A stretch of DNA of 37,258 nucleotides from positions 1 to 37,258 of the forward strand of contig JBGTJT010000417.1 of the NCBI GenBank assembly GCA_041744995.1. Reading direction: 5' to 3'. Each line of letters begins with the position of its first letter. Positions within the stretch are counted from its first letter, which is position 1. A program made the position numbers and the translations under genes. Under the pieces are notes generated by a model. That model saw only the letters and a list, made by a program, of their open reading frames with translations, did not search any database and was not told the origin of the DNA. Positions 34,612-37,258 of this stretch are shown one piece after another. The DNA comes from Pirellulales bacterium (GTDB lineage Bacteria > Planctomycetota > Planctomycetia > Pirellulales > UBA7805).

Positions 34612-35283
34612 TCAACGTCGGCTCCAAAACTGCTTCAGCCAAGCGAACGGACCTCGCCGACCGTTGGACGCCCCGATCCAGTTGCCGGCGGCCGTGAGCG
34701 GCTCGTAGGCGGGCATTTGCCCACGCCACCGCTCGGGATGCCGGGCCGCGACAAATAGGAGATAGGTGGCGGCGTTGACGTCCTCGTTGCACGCCTCGTA
34801 AATCACTTCGAGACCGTTCTCGTCGAACAGGTGCCGCAGGCCGGCGGGACAGAGCCGCCAAAAGTCTTCATAGCCCGCTGTATCATGTTGCACTTGGGCG
34901 AACGGCACCACCACGATCACCACGTCGCGCGACAGGCGGCAGAGATTGCGAAAGGCGGTGCGCAAATCGAACACATGCTCCAACACGGTATGATTGAGCG
35001 CCACGTCGAAACGCTGCTCCAGCTCGTCGGGAAACTCGCCCGCCAGGTCGAGTAGAAACTCATTTTCGCGTCCCTCGAAACCGCGGAACGCGCCGGGAGC
35101 GTAATTGGTGAGATAGAACGCCGTCTTGCGAGTGAAGTACGTATCATATGTGCTTCCCTCCTTGTCGATATTTTCGCCGGCGGAGACGTTGACGATTTCG
35201 CCCGCGAACAGCGGCGCAAGCCGGCGTAGCTGCTCGTTCGACCAGCAGCGGGCGACGCGGAACTGGCGGTCAACTTCATCCAT
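34612..35283 (-). CDS. Class I SAM-dependent methyltransferase-like protein
   Basis: CWSNEQLRRLAPLFAGEIVNVSAGENIDKEG and FDVALNHTVLEHVFD match a methyltransferase type common in polysaccharide clusters. Motif I is divergent. Confidence 0.55.
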   Translation of the reverse strand: MDEVDRQFRVARCWSNEQLRRLAPLFAGEIVNVSAGENIDKEGSTYDTYFTRKTAFYLTNYAPGAFRGFEGRENEFLLDLAGEFPDELEQRFDVALNHTVLEHVFDLRTAFRNLCRLSRDVVIVVVPFAQVQHDTAGYEDFWRLCPAGLRHLFDENGLEVIYEACNEDVNAATYLLFVAARHPERWRGQMPAYEPLTAAGNWIGASNGRRGPFAWLKQFWSRR

Positions 35284-36400
35284 CCCGAACCGCCTCTAAA
35301 AGTTGCGCTGCATTCGCTGGCGCACAGTCGGACCAACCGAGTCGATACAGCGAAGGGAGGTTCAACGTGTCGAGCATGTACGGCCCGGAGAAATCGCGGC
35401 GAACCAGATCCTGAAAAAGCGCCGTCGACCAGAGATAGCAGTAAATATGATGTGTACTCAGCTCTTCAAACCGCACGCGCTGCGACTGCCATTCATGGGC
35501 GCGGGAATTGCAAACGTGTTCAATTTGCCGCATTATAGGAACCGCCCGGCGAGGCACCAGCTTAATCAACTCCATGAGGCACCAGGCCCAATCCGCATCC
35601 GTACACATTGTCTGCTTTTCGACCTCTCGGCGTTGGGGCCAGTATAGTCCCAGCAACCGGTTGAGCAAGAGCTTCGGCCGAGGATAGGGAATCCGTCCAG
35701 CGTCATAAATCTGCAGAATGTGATAGATGCAACTGATCGTGCGCCACGGGGGACTGTAGGGGGCGCACCAGGCATGTTCGGACGTGAGTCGTTGCTCGAT
35801 AGCGCCAAACAAAGTTTCCAGCCATTCGCTATCGACGGCTCCGTCAGCGATCAGCGGAGCGGTCGCTCCCCATAACTCTTTATGCGTCGATCGCCAGTCG
35901 TGCTGTTCCAGCCAGTCGCGCAAGTCCGAAGGATCGCGGGGAGCGAGCGGCGAGATTTGTTGGGGAATGGCTGCACCTAGAATATTCAGCGCAGGAATCG
36001 CCGTGCAGATCGCGTGGCCGGGATTCGTTTCGTCAAAAGTAAAATTCGGCCGTTGGAATGCCAGGATGTGCCGCGCCCAGCGGCGGCGCGCTTCCACGTC
36101 GCCGCATGATACGCCGAACAGTTCATAGATATTCACGACGGCCGTGGTGGCATAAAATGTCGGATCACCGCCCCGGAGATCGCTATAAGCGTACGGCGCT
36201 TCAATCTGGCGGTGCGCCAATTCTTCCAGCACCTGTTGGCGGAGCAAGGCTATATCAACCACAGCCGGTTTTAACTTGGGCTGACGAGCCGCTGCAAATT
36301 CGTATTGCATGGCCGTGAGCAGTTGGCGAGCGCGCGAGCGAACTAGGCGTAGCGGATGTCCCACGTTAAGCATTAATCGCGTGTTGCGCGTCCTGATCAT
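35276..36400 (-). CDS. Hypothetical protein (Trp-rich, probably all-alpha)
   Basis: Long ORF co-directional with the cluster. Its stop overlaps the methyltransferase start by 8 nt. I recognise no motif. Confidence 0.5.
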   Translation of the reverse strand: MIRTRNTRLMLNVGHPLRLVRSRARQLLTAMQYEFAAARQPKLKPAVVDIALLRQQVLEELAHRQIEAPYAYSDLRGGDPTFYATTAVVNIYELFGVSCGDVEARRRWARHILAFQRPNFTFDETNPGHAICTAIPALNILGAAIPQQISPLAPRDPSDLRDWLEQHDWRSTHKELWGATAPLIADGAVDSEWLETLFGAIEQRLTSEHAWCAPYSPPWRTISCIYHILQIYDAGRIPYPRPKLLLNRLLGLYWPQRREVEKQTMCTDADWAWCLMELIKLVPRRAVPIMRQIEHVCNSRAHEWQSQRVRFEELSTHHIYCYLWSTALFQDLVRRDFSGPYMLDTLNLPSLYRLGWSDCAPANAAQLLEAVRDG

Positions 36401-36418
36401 ATCGCAGTAAAAACAACT

Positions 36419-36772
36419 TCATTGAGCCGAAATCCGCCGTCGTTCCCGTGCGGCATCTTGCTTTCGCCCCATGGCCTCGAACAGTTCGGCGCGCCTTTCC
36501 ATCAACAGTTCGGAGTCGGGAGAAAGCTGTTCCGCTCGCTCGTAATCAGCCAATGCCACATCAAACTGCTTGAGGTAGGTATACGCCCAACCGCGATGGA
36601 CGAGCGCATCCCGCGAATCAGCATCGATCTCCAGTGCGGAGGTATATGCGTCGACCGCCGACGGATAGTCTTCGTTCATCATCGCTGCGTGCCCCGCCTC
36701 CATCGCCTGGTCAAAGGCGGAGCGTGAATCGCCGCAACCTGCGAATAGGACCAGAGCCACACAGGGGACCAT
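36419..36772 (-). CDS. TPR-repeat lipoprotein
   Basis: Lipobox LFAGCGD and TPR-like repeats (YPSAVDAYTSALEIDADSRDALVHRGWAYTYLKQFDVALADYERAEQLSPD). Confidence 0.65.
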   Translation of the reverse strand: MVPCVALVLFAGCGDSRSAFDQAMEAGHAAMMNEDYPSAVDAYTSALEIDADSRDALVHRGWAYTYLKQFDVALADYERAEQLSPDSELLMERRAELFEAMGRKQDAARERRRISAQ

Positions 36773-36791
36773 GTATCGTACTAAGTGAGCG

Positions 36792-37258
36792 TTAGTCAGC
36801 GATCTGCTCCCGAATGGTAACTTGCCGCACCGTGCGGCTGCCCGGTTCGTAAACGCGGAGGACGAGTTCGACTGCCTTCAGCGGCGCTGCGTACGGCGGT
36901 TGTGCTTCCGCTTCCGTATGGCTGTCGATCACGCCGCTGGCGTTGCTATCGAACCCGTCGGAATTCTGCGTGTTGTAATGATTCGACCAGGTGCAATAGG
37001 TGGGCGTTGTCAGTCCCGAATTAGCGGCTGGGGCGCGATTGAACGCAGGTTGCGGCGCGCCCGCCGCCGGAGTGTACCCGGGGGCGTAGACTCCCAGATC
37101 AACAAACGCGCCGTAACCGGCGACCGGAATCGCGCCAATTCCGGCAACATAGGCGGCGTCGGTGGGAACCACGGTTAACGAACCGGCGGCGGCCACAGGC
37201 GGGGGCGGCGGCGGGGGCTGCACAGCCAGCGGCCCGACGCATTCCACGCGAATCGCGT
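36792..37258 (-). CDS. Hypothetical Pro/Ala-rich protein, C-terminal part (5' end outside window)
   Basis: The frame stays open to the window edge, so the apparent start at 37247 is only a GTG within the open frame. No recognisable domain. Confidence 0.4.
   Translation of the reverse strand, partial: AIRVECVGPLAVQPPPPPPPVAAAGSLTVVPTDAAYVAGIGAIPVAGYGAFVDLGVYAPGYTPAAGAPQPAFNRAPAANSGLTTPTYCTWSNHYNTQNSDGFDSNASGVIDSHTEAEAQPPYAAPLKAVELVLRVYEPGSRTVRQVTIREQIAD

Noticed and set aside
1-37258. Search for integrase, transposase, IS ends, tRNA or rRNA genes
   Set aside because: No ORF translation shows tyrosine-recombinase (R..H..R..Y), DDE or HUH motifs, and I saw no tRNA-like cloverleaf or rRNA-like sequence. 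This is absence by eye only; tRNAscan-SE and ISfinder would be needed to confirm it.

Overview
High-GC window whose gene families typify Planctomycetota: a DUF1559 prepilin-like H-X9-DG protein, a PSCyt/PSD1 (DUF1549-DUF1553) protein, a DUF1501 protein and a PEP-CTERM protein. There are four blocks. (1) 1-8177 holds core-like + strand genes. (2) 8183-15410 is an accessory block of about ten short, functionally unrelated + strand units rich in toxin-antitoxin modules. These include hipBA, two intact antitoxins beside decayed PIN toxins, a BrnT-like toxin and a zeta-like ATPase with a small partner. The block also carries a PhyH dioxygenase, a COG4551-type phosphatase and a hydrolase fragment. 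Nearly every ORF here is followed by an imperfect AAC...GTT palindrome, and two repeat families overlap ORF 3' ends. I read this as an integron-type cassette array with no integrase in the window (CALIN-like). (3) 15490-18793 holds a transglutaminase-like gene and a secreted thioredoxin-like gene split by one in-frame TGA at the redox-motif position, which is either a candidate selenoprotein or a pseudogene, followed by a phd/vapC pair. (4) 18872-37258 is a glycan biosynthesis and modification region. It contains rmlA/rmlB plus wecE/wecD-like genes (dTDP-Fuc4NAc-type sugar) next to an ArnC/GtrB-like GT2 and a GT-C enzyme. This module is bracketed by a 248-bp direct duplication of a beta-helix gene 5' region. 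A minus-strand operon follows with an OafA-like acyltransferase, a sulfotransferase, GT2, GT4, a GT-A-like protein, a methyltransferase and unknowns. I recognised no rRNA, tRNA, CRISPR array, transposase or integrase. All calls come from reading the sequence and ORF translations by eye; no searches were run.
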